A stretch of DNA of 64,000 bases from Candidatus Saccharimonadia bacterium (lineage in GTDB: Bacteria > Patescibacteriota > SICC01): assembly GCA_025449535.1 (NCBI GenBank), contig JANWJF010000001.1, forward strand, positions 4,279 to 68,278, in the 5' to 3' direction. Shown here piece by piece: positions 18,563-27,162 of this stretch; the stretch's first letter is position 1, and each line of letters opens with the position of its first letter. The notes beneath the pieces were generated by a model. The model did not search any database and was not told the origin of the DNA. It was given only the letters and a program-made list of their open reading frames with translations. The translations under genes were made by a program, and so were the position numbers.

Positions 18563-20590
18563 ATGCTGCGGCGGATCCGGCGTTTCCTTCCGCTCGCCGC
18601 CCTGATCGGCGCGGTTTCGATCGTGTTGACGCTCGTCATCACGCAGCCTACCGCTGGCGTGGGCGGGCTGGCGGAAGGGGAAGTCGCGGACCGGACGTAC
18701 AAGTCGCCGCGCACCATCACGTACCAGAGCCGGCTGAAGACGGACGAGACCGAGCAACGAGCGCAACAGCAGGTCCCGCCCGTCTACCGCAAGGACCTTA
18801 CCGCTCTCAACCAACAGAACGGCAAGCTGGCCGGCACCGTCTCCGCGATCGACGACATCCGCCAGGCCGACGAGTCGGAAAGCCGGAAGCTCGACCGACT
18901 CGGTGACGTGCTGCCGAACGTCCGCGATGACGATGCCCGGACGATACTGCGTCTCTCCCAGGAAGGGTGGTCCCGGACGGTCACCGTGACCCGGAAGGCG
19001 TTGACCGAACTGCAGTTGCGTCGCATTACCCAGGCCGACCTCGGCCGGGCCGGGGAGCTTGTCTCGTCCCGCTTGCCGGGCGATCTTCCGGCGCCGGTCC
19101 GTAGCAGCGTGGTCGTACTCGGCCAGCGACTGCTAGTGCCCAACTACGTGGTCGACGAGGACGCTACCCAGCGAGCGCGAGACGAGGCGGCCGAAGCGGT
19201 CCAGCCCGTCAGCTACACGGTGGAACGGGATCAGGTCGTGATCGGGCAAGGAGAGTCTGTCACGGCCTTCGACGTGGAGCGACTGGAAGCGCTCGGCCTC
19301 ACCCGGCCGTCCTTCGACTACCAGAAGACGCTGGCGGTCCTGATGGTGGTGCTATTAGCGACCGGATCGTTACTCGGGTTGATCCCGCGGTTGGTGCGGC
19401 CACGCCGACATCTGCGCCGCCTACTCGCCGGCCTCAGCCTGAGTGCGATCGGCCTGGTATTGGTCGAGGTGCTGATCGTTCCGCCGCAACCGATCCTGGC
19501 GTACGTCATCCCGGTAGCGGCCCTGCCGTTGTTGGTATCGATCTTCTACGGCACCCGTCCGGCGTTGGTGGCGGGTACGAGTTTCGTGATGCTGTACGGC
19601 CTGGCCGGTGGTGCTTCGTTCGAGCTCATCTTCATACACCTCGCGGCGACCGTGGTCGTGGTGGTCACGCACCGCCGGATGACGGATATCCAGTCGTTCC
19701 TGCATGCCGGGGTTACGGGGGCGGGAGTCGTCTTCATCGGCATGGTGGCATTCAGCCTACTGGCCGGGAACTTCGACCCGTCGAACCTGCCCAAGTTCGC
19801 CGTGGCAGCGGCGTTGAACGGGGCCCTGTTGGCCACCGCGGCCTTCGCGGGGGTTGCGTTCCTGGCCGGGCCGCTCGGCGTCGTGACATTCCTGCAGTTG
19901 CTCGAGCTGGAAAACCCACGACGGCCGTTGCTGCGCCGCTTGGCGGCCGATGCTCCCGGCACGTACTCCCATTCCGTCCGGATGGCGGCCATGGTCGAGA
20001 GCGTGGCCAAGCGCCTGCAGGGCGCAGACCCGCTTCTGGCCCGGGTGCAAGCGCTCTATCACGACGTGGGCAAGACCGAGATGCCGGAGTACTTCGTAGA
20101 GAACCAGCGCGACCAGAAGAGTCCGCACGCTTCGCTGGACCCCAAGGAAAGCGCCGAGGTGCTGCGCGCACACATCTCCGAGGGGTTGGCGTTGGCCCAG
20201 GCCGCCCGGCTTCCCGAACAAGTGGCGGCCGCGATTCCGGAGCATCACGGCACGACCCGGATGGAGTTCTTCTGGCAGGTCGCCAAGGAGAAGTACCGCC
20301 AGCCGAAGGAATCCGACTACCGTTACATCGGCCCCCGGCCACGCAGCAAGGAGACCGCCCTTATCATGCTCGCGGACGCCGCCGAGTCCGCTTCCCGTAC
20401 GCTGACCAGCCCCGATGAGACCAAGATCCGGGCGCTGGTGAACGACCTGGTGAACGCACGGATCACCGACGGCCAGCTCGACGAGGCGCCGCTCTCGACC
20501 TTCGAGCTAACGATCATCAAGGAGGCGTTCGTCGAGGGGCTTGTCAGCGACCTACACAAGCGCATCAAGTACCCGAAGCGGGGGAAATGA
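18563..20590 (+). CDS. 7TM-HD phosphohydrolase (PgpH/YqfF-like c-di-AMP phosphodiesterase family)
   Basis: Extracellular domain, multiple TM helices, APGTYSHS, YHDVGK, YFVENQ, EHHGT, MLADAAE. Confidence 0.88.
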   Translation: MLRRIRRFLPLAALIGAVSIVLTLVITQPTAGVGGLAEGEVADRTYKSPRTITYQSRLKTDETEQRAQQQVPPVYRKDLTALNQQNGKLAGTVSAIDDIRQADESESRKLDRLGDVLPNVRDDDARTILRLSQEGWSRTVTVTRKALTELQLRRITQADLGRAGELVSSRLPGDLPAPVRSSVVVLGQRLLVPNYVVDEDATQRARDEAAEAVQPVSYTVERDQVVIGQGESVTAFDVERLEALGLTRPSFDYQKTLAVLMVVLLATGSLLGLIPRLVRPRRHLRRLLAGLSLSAIGLVLVEVLIVPPQPILAYVIPVAALPLLVSIFYGTRPALVAGTSFVMLYGLAGGASFELIFIHLAATVVVVVTHRRMTDIQSFLHAGVTGAGVVFIGMVAFSLLAGNFDPSNLPKFAVAAALNGALLATAAFAGVAFLAGPLGVVTFLQLLELENPRRPLLRRLAADAPGTYSHSVRMAAMVESVAKRLQGADPLLARVQALYHDVGKTEMPEYFVENQRDQKSPHASLDPKESAEVLRAHISEGLALAQAARLPEQVAAAIPEHHGTTRMEFFWQVAKEKYRQPKESDYRYIGPRPRSKETALIMLADAAESASRTLTSPDETKIRALVNDLVNARITDGQLDEAPLSTFELTIIKEAFVEGLVSDLHKRIKYPKRGK

Positions 20591-20994
20591 CCGAGATAGA
20601 CGTCCACGGAGACGCGTTGGACGGCTCGGAGGTCAGGGAACTCGTCGGGTCCATCGTTGCCGCCGAACAAGCCCGGGTAGCCAAAGTATCCGTCAGTTTC
20701 ACGGACGAACCCACGATCCGGGACCTTAATCGCCGGCACCGCGCCAAGGACAAGGCGACCGATGTCCTGAGCTACCCGTTCGACGGGTCGTTCCCACAGG
20801 GCAGCGGCGGCGAGGTCGTCATCTGCCCGGCCGTCGTCGAACGCCTGGCGCGGGAAGACGGCCGTGACTTCCGTCAGGCGTTGCGGGAGACGGTGGTCCA
20901 CGGGGTGCTGCACCTGTTAGGGCACGAGGACGGCACCGACGCCGGCGCACGCGAGATGGACCGGCGGACCCGCCTGATCCTGGAGGAGGCGTAG
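20587..20994 (+). CDS. ybeY: rRNA maturation endoribonuclease YbeY
   Basis: TDVLSY, HGVLHLLGH. Confidence 0.93.
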   Translation: MTEIDVHGDALDGSEVRELVGSIVAAEQARVAKVSVSFTDEPTIRDLNRRHRAKDKATDVLSYPFDGSFPQGSGGEVVICPAVVERLAREDGRDFRQALRETVVHGVLHLLGHEDGTDAGAREMDRRTRLILEEA

Positions 20995-20995
20995 G

Positions 20996-21370
20996 GTGGT
21001 CAAGGAACTCGACCCCAAGCGGCTGCACAGAAGCTTCCGATACGCCGCCCGCGGCGTCTGGCACGTCCTCCGCAGCGAGGCCAACCTGCGCATCCACGTG
21101 GCCGCGACGGCCCTGGCCGTCACGGCCGGAATCCTACTGGGGATCTCCGGACCCGAGTTCGCGATCGTCCTGCTGGCGATCGGCCTGGTACTGACGCTTG
21201 AGGTGATCAACACGGTCATCGAGGATTTCCTGGACATCCTGCATCCGCAGCACCACGGGTCGGTCCGACGTATCAAGGATGCCCTGGCCGGGGCCGTCCT
21301 GTTGGCGGCGTTCGTGGCGATCGGCGTCGGCGCGCTGGTCTTCGGGCCATATCTCCTTGCGACGCCCTGA
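20996..21370 (+). CDS. dgkA: Diacylglycerol/undecaprenol kinase
   Basis: SFRYAARG, EANLRIH, EVINTVIE, IKD..AGAVL. Confidence 0.9.
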   Translation: MVKELDPKRLHRSFRYAARGVWHVLRSEANLRIHVAATALAVTAGILLGISGPEFAIVLLAIGLVLTLEVINTVIEDFLDILHPQHHGSVRRIKDALAGAVLLAAFVAIGVGALVFGPYLLATP

Positions 21371-21424
21371 CGCACAGCCTAAAGTGAGAGAAGACCATAA
21401 ACGGGTCACCGAACAGATTTTTTT

Positions 21425-22669
21425 ATGCCTCGAGAACACATAGTCGTCGGTCTCGATATCGGGACCGAATTCATCCGGACAACGATCGGACAGCTCACGG
21501 CCGAGGAGCCGCATCCGTCGATCATCGGCGTCGGCGTCGCGCCGGCCTCGGGACTGCGGCGGGGTAACGTCGTCGACGTCGAGGAGACGGTCAAGTCCAT
21601 CGCGGCTTCCGTCGAGGAGGCCGAGCGCACATCCGGCGTCAGCGTCGGTAGCGCGTACGTGAACATTTCCGGCGGCCACATCGAGTCGCAGAATTCCCGC
21701 GGCGTCGTCGCGGTATCCCGGGCCGACTCGGAGATCGGGTCGGAGGACGTCAGCCGGGCGGTCGAGGCGGCCAAGGCGGTCGCCGTCCCGTCCAACAAGG
21801 ACATCATCCACGTCATCCCGCGGGAGTACATCGTGGATGGACAGGAGGGCATCAAGGACCCGATCGGGATGAGCGGTATCCGCCTGGAGGTGGAGACGCA
21901 CATCATCACCGCCGCCACGCCCCAGATCAAGAACCTACGGAAATGCGTCTACCAAGCGGGAATCGAGCTTGAGGACCTCGTACTGTCCGGTCTCGCGGCC
22001 GCTCAGGGAGTACTTGGCAAGCGACAGAAGGAGCTTGGCGTGGCGATCCTCGATATCGGGGCCGGCGTATCCGACCTGGTGGTGTTCGAGGAGGGCGACG
22101 TCTTCGCTTCCTCAGTGTTGCCCGTGGGTGGCAGTCATGTGACCAACGACCTCGCGATCGGCCTCAAGACGGATACGGATATCGCGGAGCGGGTGAAGCT
22201 GGAGTACGGTCACGCCCGTCCCGGGGATATCAAAGGCAAGGAGACGATCGACCTCGGCGAGCTGACCCAGGGCGACGAGGAGAACAAGGTCGCCAAGAAG
22301 CTGATCGCCGAGATCGTGGAGGCAAGGATGACGGAGCTGCTCGGGCTCGCCAAGAAGCAGCTCAAGAGCATGGACCGCGACGGCAAGTTGCCGGCGGGAG
22401 TCGTACTCACCGGCGGGGGAGCGAAGTTGCCCGGGGTCGTGGACCTGGCCAAGGAGCAGCTCGGGCTGCCTGCCCAAGTCGGGTTTCCCTCCGACCTCAA
22501 GGGGATGATCGACAAGGTGGACGACCCGTCCTTCGCGACTTCCATCGGACTGATGCTCTGGGGCCTGGACAATAATCTGCAGTTAAGAACAACAAATAGG
22601 TTCGGTAGTTTGCCCGGTGTACAATATCTTGATAGCGTGAAGTCAGTTGTCAAACGGTTTTTGCCGTAG
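21425..22669 (+). CDS. ftsA: Cell division protein FtsA
   Basis: GLDIGT, DPIGMSG, LDIGAG, VLTGGGA; upstream of ftsZ. Confidence 0.96.
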   Translation: MPREHIVVGLDIGTEFIRTTIGQLTAEEPHPSIIGVGVAPASGLRRGNVVDVEETVKSIAASVEEAERTSGVSVGSAYVNISGGHIESQNSRGVVAVSRADSEIGSEDVSRAVEAAKAVAVPSNKDIIHVIPREYIVDGQEGIKDPIGMSGIRLEVETHIITAATPQIKNLRKCVYQAGIELEDLVLSGLAAAQGVLGKRQKELGVAILDIGAGVSDLVVFEEGDVFASSVLPVGGSHVTNDLAIGLKTDTDIAERVKLEYGHARPGDIKGKETIDLGELTQGDEENKVAKKLIAEIVEARMTELLGLAKKQLKSMDRDGKLPAGVVLTGGGAKLPGVVDLAKEQLGLPAQVGFPSDLKGMIDKVDDPSFATSIGLMLWGLDNNLQLRTTNRFGSLPGVQYLDSVKSVVKRFLP

Positions 22670-22675
22670 TACACT
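22647..22675 (+). promoter_or_regulatory. Sigma70-type promoter for ftsZ overlapping the ftsA 3' end
   Basis: TTGTCA-17-TACACT in a locally AT-rich stretch. Confidence 0.65.
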
Positions 22676-22705
22676 AGCCAGTCATTAAACGAGGCACTCA
22701 AATTG

Positions 22706-23806
22706 ATGGAAGTTAAGCCAGAAATTGAGACTTTTGCGCGTATCAAGGTTGCTGGCGTTGGCGGTTCCGGCTGTCAAGCAGTCAATCGGATGCTCCAGTC
22801 CCAGATGCGGGGCATCGAATTCATCGTGATCAATACGGATGCTCAGGCGCTGCATAACTCGCAGGCGCCGCTGAAGATCCACATCGGCAAGGAGACCACC
22901 CGCGGTCTCGGCGCCGGCGCGGACCCGGAGATGGGCCGCAAGGCAGCTGAGGAAGATCGCGGCGAGATCGCCGAGGCGCTTCGCGGCGCGGACATGATCT
23001 TCGTCACCTATGGCGCCGGTGGCGGCACCGGTACGGGCGCGGGCCCACTGGTAGCTGACATCGCCCGGGAAGTCGGTGCGCTGACCGTAGGAGTTGTCAC
23101 TCGTCCGTTCGCTTTCGAAGGCCAGCGTCGTCGTCGTGTGGCGGACGCCGGCATCGAGGAGCTCAAGGATCGGGTGGATACGCTGATTACGATTCCGAAC
23201 GACCGGCTCCTGCAGGTCGTGGACAAGAAGACCTCGATGTTCGACGCCTTCTCGGTCGTCGACGACGTCCTGCGCCAAGGCGTGCAGGGCATCTCCGACC
23301 TGATCACCCAGCACGGCATGATCAACGTCGACTTCGCGGACGTGAAGGCAGTGATGGCCAACGCCGGCTCGGCCCTGATGGGCATCGGCAACGGCCAGGG
23401 TGAGAACCGCGCGATCGAGGCGGCCACCGGTGCGATCGACTCCCCGCTCTTGGAGCTGGCGATCGATGGTGCCAAGGGTATCCTTTTCAACATCACCGGC
23501 GGCAATGACCTGACCATGCATGAGATCGACGAAGCCGCCAAGGTCATCACCGACGCGGCCGACCCGGATGCCAACATCATCTTCGGCGCGGTGATCGACG
23601 AGGAACTGGCCGGCGAGATCAAGATCACGGTCATCGCTACCGGATTCGCCGGTGAGACCCGCAAGGCTCCGCGCCATGACGCGTCCGAGGAGCCGGCCCA
23701 AGCCGCGACCGAGGACCTGACCCAGCCGGTCGGCGCCGCCTCCGATACCACGACCGATTCCGACGAGCTCGACGTGCCGGCGTTCATCCGGCGCAAGATG
23801 GGCTGA
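22706..23806 (+). CDS. ftsZ: Cell division protein FtsZ
   Basis: [16 protein letters not shown]-terminal LDVPAFIRR. Confidence 0.98.
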   Translation: MEVKPEIETFARIKVAGVGGSGCQAVNRMLQSQMRGIEFIVINTDAQALHNSQAPLKIHIGKETTRGLGAGADPEMGRKAAEEDRGEIAEALRGADMIFVTYGAGGGTGTGAGPLVADIAREVGALTVGVVTRPFAFEGQRRRRVADAGIEELKDRVDTLITIPNDRLLQVVDKKTSMFDAFSVVDDVLRQGVQGISDLITQHGMINVDFADVKAVMANAGSALMGIGNGQGENRAIEAATGAIDSPLLELAIDGAKGILFNITGGNDLTMHEIDEAAKVITDAADPDANIIFGAVIDEELAGEIKITVIATGFAGETRKAPRHDASEEPAQAATEDLTQPVGAASDTTTDSDELDVPAFIRRKMG

Positions 23807-23824
23807 TTCCCGACGAACGAACCC

Positions 23825-23858
23825 TGAAAACACCGCCCTTTGCCCGGCGGTGTTTTCA
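23825..23858 (+). terminator. Intrinsic (probably bidirectional) terminator after ftsZ
   Basis: TGAAAACACCGCC / GGCGGTGTTTTCA perfect 13-bp inverted repeat. Confidence 0.85.
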
Positions 23859-23951
23859 TCTACGCCGGACTGCTATTTAGGACGTTTGTTCAATCAGTCA
23901 CAAAAAGGTAAGGACAAACCTGATGGACGAACAAGCCAGCAGGTCACTGCG

Positions 23952-24007
23952 TTGACGGACCCAACATCTGGTAACTATGGTGAGGCAAGTTGTCCAACAG
24001 GTTGTGG
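23952..24007 (+). promoter_or_regulatory. nrdR-nrdJ promoter with tandem NrdR boxes
   Basis: TTGACG..TATGGT overlapped by ACCCAACATCTGGTAA (23959-23974); second box GTCCAACAGGTTGTGG (23992-24007); both resemble the acaCwAtATaTwGtgt consensus. Confidence 0.7.
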
Positions 24008-24070
24008 TTTGAGTAGTCCTTGACGCCTGCCACGCATGAAACCGCTGATCGGACGCCTACAAACCACTCC

Positions 24071-24565
24071 ATGGAATGCCCGCAATGCCAAGCAGATTCT
24101 CTCCGCGTGATCGATTCACGCGACGTCGAGGCCGCACCGGCCATCCGCCGCCGCCGGGAATGCGAGCGGTGCGGGTTTCGCTTCACGACGTATGAGCGAG
24201 TCGAGACACCGGCCCTGACCGTCGTCAAGAAGGACGGCCGTCGCGAGCCGTTCTCGCGTGACAAGTTGTCCCGTGGTATCCGTCGGGCCTGCGAAAAGCG
24301 GCCGGTATCGGAATCGTCCGTAGAGCGTGTCGTCGCCCAGGCCGAACAGGCGATCCGGGGCTGCGGTGACACCGAGATAGCCGGCGAACGGATCGGCGGT
24401 ATCGTGATGCGCCAACTCAAGGACCTGGATCAGATCGCCTACATCCGGTTCGCCAGCATCTACCGCGAGTTCGCCGACCTCTCCGAGCTCGATGCGGAGA
24501 TCAAGAAGGTTCTCCTCAAACAGGAGACGGCCAAGGCCTCCAGCCGGAATCGCCAACCGGCCTGA
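24071..24565 (+). CDS. nrdR: Transcriptional repressor NrdR
   Basis: CPQC, VIDSR, IRRRRECERC..RFTTYE, ATP cone, AYIRFASIY. Confidence 0.97.
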   Translation: MECPQCQADSLRVIDSRDVEAAPAIRRRRECERCGFRFTTYERVETPALTVVKKDGRREPFSRDKLSRGIRRACEKRPVSESSVERVVAQAEQAIRGCGDTEIAGERIGGIVMRQLKDLDQIAYIRFASIYREFADLSELDAEIKKVLLKQETAKASSRNRQPA

Positions 24566-24601
24566 AATAACAACAACACTTACACACACGAAAGGAGTCC
24601 T

Positions 24602-26980
24602 GTGACCCAAGCCACGATCCAAGCGCCCCGAAAAGACCTCAAGCAAGTAGCCCTGAAGAGTCCCGTAAAAGTGAAGAAGGGGACTGAACTCGAAGGCATC
24701 CGCAAGAAGGTCTTTCTAGATCGCTACGCTTGGAAGGACCAGCAGGGCAAGCCGATGGAGCGGCATCCCGAACAGATGTGGGCGCGGGTGGCGAAGGCGC
24801 TAGCGGCCGTCGAGGCACCGGAACACCAGAAGGCCTGGGAAGAGAAGTTCTACAAGTCGATGGAAGGCTTCAAGTTCGTCCCGGCGGGACGGATCCTGTC
24901 CGGCGCCGGTACGGGGCACCAGGTCACGTTCTACAACTGCTTCGTGATCCCGTCGCCGGAGGATTCCCGCGACGGCATCCTCGATAACCTTAAGGCGATG
25001 ACCGAGATCATGTGCCGGGCCGGCGGCGTGGGACTCAACCTGAGTTCGCTGCGGCCGCGGGGCAGCCACATCAAGACCGTCAACGGCACTAGCTCGGGTC
25101 CGATCCCCTGGGCCGAACTCTACTCGGTGGCGACCCACGAGGTGATCCAGCAGGGCGGCAGTCGCCGCGGCGCGCTAATGCTGATGCTCGACGACACCCA
25201 CCCGGACGTCGAGGAGTTCATCACCGCCAAGCGCGACCTCAGGAAGCTGCTCGGCTCGAACATCTCCGTCTGCATTTCCGACGGATTCATGCAGGCGGTC
25301 AAGGACGACGCCGACTGGGATCTCAAGTGGAACGACAAGGTCTACAAGACGGTCAAGGCGAAGAAGCTCTGGAACTCGATCTGCGAGAGCGCCCACGCCT
25401 CGGCCGAACCGGGACTGCACTTCATGGAGCGGTCCAACAAGCGGTCCAATACCTGGTATTACGAGAAGCTGATCTCCACCAACCCGTGCGGCGAGCAGCC
25501 GCTGGGCGAATGGGCGGTCTGCAACCTCGGCGCGTTGAACCTCTCCGCCTTCGTCACCGAGGAAGGCGAGATGGACTACGACTCGCTGGCCGACCACTCC
25601 CGGACGGCGACCCGCGCGCTCGACAACGTCGTCGACGCCAACTACTACTTCTTCAAGGAGAACGAGGAGCAGCAGATGGGCACCCGCCGGACCGGGCTCG
25701 GGACGATGGGCCTCGGCGATGCGCTGATCAAGATGAAGCTGCGCTACGGGTCCGACAAGTCGCTGGACGTGATCGAGAAGATCTACAAGACGATCCGCGA
25801 CGCGGCGTACGACGCCTCGGCCGACATCGCCAAGGAGAAGGCGCCGTTCCCCATGTTCGACCGCAGCAAGTACATGCAAGGCTGGTTCATCAAGCGCCTG
25901 CCGAAGGATATCCAGGCGAAGATCCAGAAGTACGGCATCCGGAACGCCGTCGTCCTGACCCAGGCGCCGACCGGCACCACCTCGCTGCTCTCCGGCGTCA
26001 GCTCCGGCATCGAGCCGGTCTACGACTTCGCGATGAAGCGGACCGACCGGACGGGCGAGCACATCATGTACCATCCGCTGTTCAAGGCCTGGAAGGATGA
26101 GCACGAGGGCGCGGAAGTCCCGGATTACTTCGTCACCTCGAACGACCTCGCGCCGATGGACCACGTGAAGGTGCAGGCCAAGATCCAGGACTACACCGAC
26201 AGCTCGATCAGCAAGACCGTGAATGCCCCGAACAGCTACACTGTCGACCAGGTGAAGGAGCTCTATGAATCCGCCTACGACATGGGCCTCAAGGGCGTGA
26301 CCTTCTACCGGGACGGCAGCCGGGACGCCGTGCTGACCCGCGTGAAGGACGACAAGGACGCGAAGCAGGACGGCCAGGAGAAGGCCGCCGCCGAGCCGCG
26401 CAAAGTGCGCGACCAAGGCATGCCGACGGCCCGGCCCAGCATGCTCCGCGGCCTCACCGTGAAGCAGGTGACCGCGTACGGGAACATGTACGTGACCATG
26501 AATACCGACGAAAGCGGCGAACTGGTAGAGGTCTTCGCCTCGCTCGGCAAGGCCGGCGGACTCGGCGCCTCGATGACCGAGGCGATCTGCCGCCTGGTCT
26601 CGACCTCACTGCGAGCCGGCGTATCGCCGCGGGCGATCATCAAGGAACTCCGCGGGATCACCGACCAGCCGTACGGCTTCGGGGACGCCAAGGTGACCTC
26701 CGTCGCGGACGCGATCGGCAAGACCATCGAGGACTACTTGTATCCGAAGCTGGATCTGCCCCAGACCGGGGACGGTGCGGCCATGCTGCCGAAGCTGCCG
26801 ACCGACCCGAAGGTGGCCGCGGACGAGGTCGACGCCAAGGCTCGGGCGAAGGCGGCGACCGCCGACGTGCCAGCCGCGTCCGGCAAGCTCGCCGGCATCT
26901 GCCCGGACTGCGGCGGTCCGCTTGAGTTCGCCTCCGGCTGCAAGACGTGCCACTCATGTGGCTACTCCGCCTGCGGCTGA
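24602..26980 (+). CDS. nrdJ: Adenosylcobalamin-dependent (class II) ribonucleotide reductase with C-terminal TSCPD/Zn-ribbon region
   Basis: NCFV, TNPCGEQPL, CNLG, APTGTTS, SISKT, YRDGSR, terminal CPDC..CHSC; no nrdB nearby. Confidence 0.92.
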   Translation: MTQATIQAPRKDLKQVALKSPVKVKKGTELEGIRKKVFLDRYAWKDQQGKPMERHPEQMWARVAKALAAVEAPEHQKAWEEKFYKSMEGFKFVPAGRILSGAGTGHQVTFYNCFVIPSPEDSRDGILDNLKAMTEIMCRAGGVGLNLSSLRPRGSHIKTVNGTSSGPIPWAELYSVATHEVIQQGGSRRGALMLMLDDTHPDVEEFITAKRDLRKLLGSNISVCISDGFMQAVKDDADWDLKWNDKVYKTVKAKKLWNSICESAHASAEPGLHFMERSNKRSNTWYYEKLISTNPCGEQPLGEWAVCNLGALNLSAFVTEEGEMDYDSLADHSRTATRALDNVVDANYYFFKENEEQQMGTRRTGLGTMGLGDALIKMKLRYGSDKSLDVIEKIYKTIRDAAYDASADIAKEKAPFPMFDRSKYMQGWFIKRLPKDIQAKIQKYGIRNAVVLTQAPTGTTSLLSGVSSGIEPVYDFAMKRTDRTGEHIMYHPLFKAWKDEHEGAEVPDYFVTSNDLAPMDHVKVQAKIQDYTDSSISKTVNAPNSYTVDQVKELYESAYDMGLKGVTFYRDGSRDAVLTRVKDDKDAKQDGQEKAAAEPRKVRDQGMPTARPSMLRGLTVKQVTAYGNMYVTMNTDESGELVEVFASLGKAGGLGASMTEAICRLVSTSLRAGVSPRAIIKELRGITDQPYGFGDAKVTSVADAIGKTIEDYLYPKLDLPQTGDGAAMLPKLPTDPKVAADEVDAKARAKAATADVPAASGKLAGICPDCGGPLEFASGCKTCHSCGYSACG

Positions 26981-26998
26981 TTAATAAAACGACCCAGA

Positions 26999-27093
26999 CG
27001 AGTGGTGCCGGGGAAGCGCCGTGCGAATCGGCCGTGGTCCCGCCACTGTGATTCCCGATGCCGTCGGGATAAGCCAGGATACCGGTCCGCTCG
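26999..27093 (+). ncRNA. Cobalamin riboswitch aptamer (compact form)
   Basis: Closing helix CGAGTGG/CCGCTCG, GGGAA, T-loop hairpin GCCG-TGCGAAT-CGGC, GTGG-TCCCG-CCAC-TGTGA, short hairpin TCCCGA/TCGGGA, B12-box AAGCCAGGATACC. Confidence 0.85.
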
Positions 27094-27130
27094 ACCATTA
27101 CACCCGACCTACGGTCGATAGGAGGGGCGA

Positions 27131-27154
27131 CGCGCCCGTTTGGCGCGATTTTTC
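27131..27154 (+). terminator. Intrinsic terminator after the riboswitch aptamer
   Basis: CGCGCC-CGTTT-GGCGCG followed by ATTTTTC. Confidence 0.65.
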
Positions 27155-27162
27155 AAATCAAC

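Noticed and set aside
23884-23932. Imperfect inverted repeat between the ftsZ terminator and the nrdR promoter as a possible sRNA
   Set aside because: The pairing is weak and matches no family I recognise.
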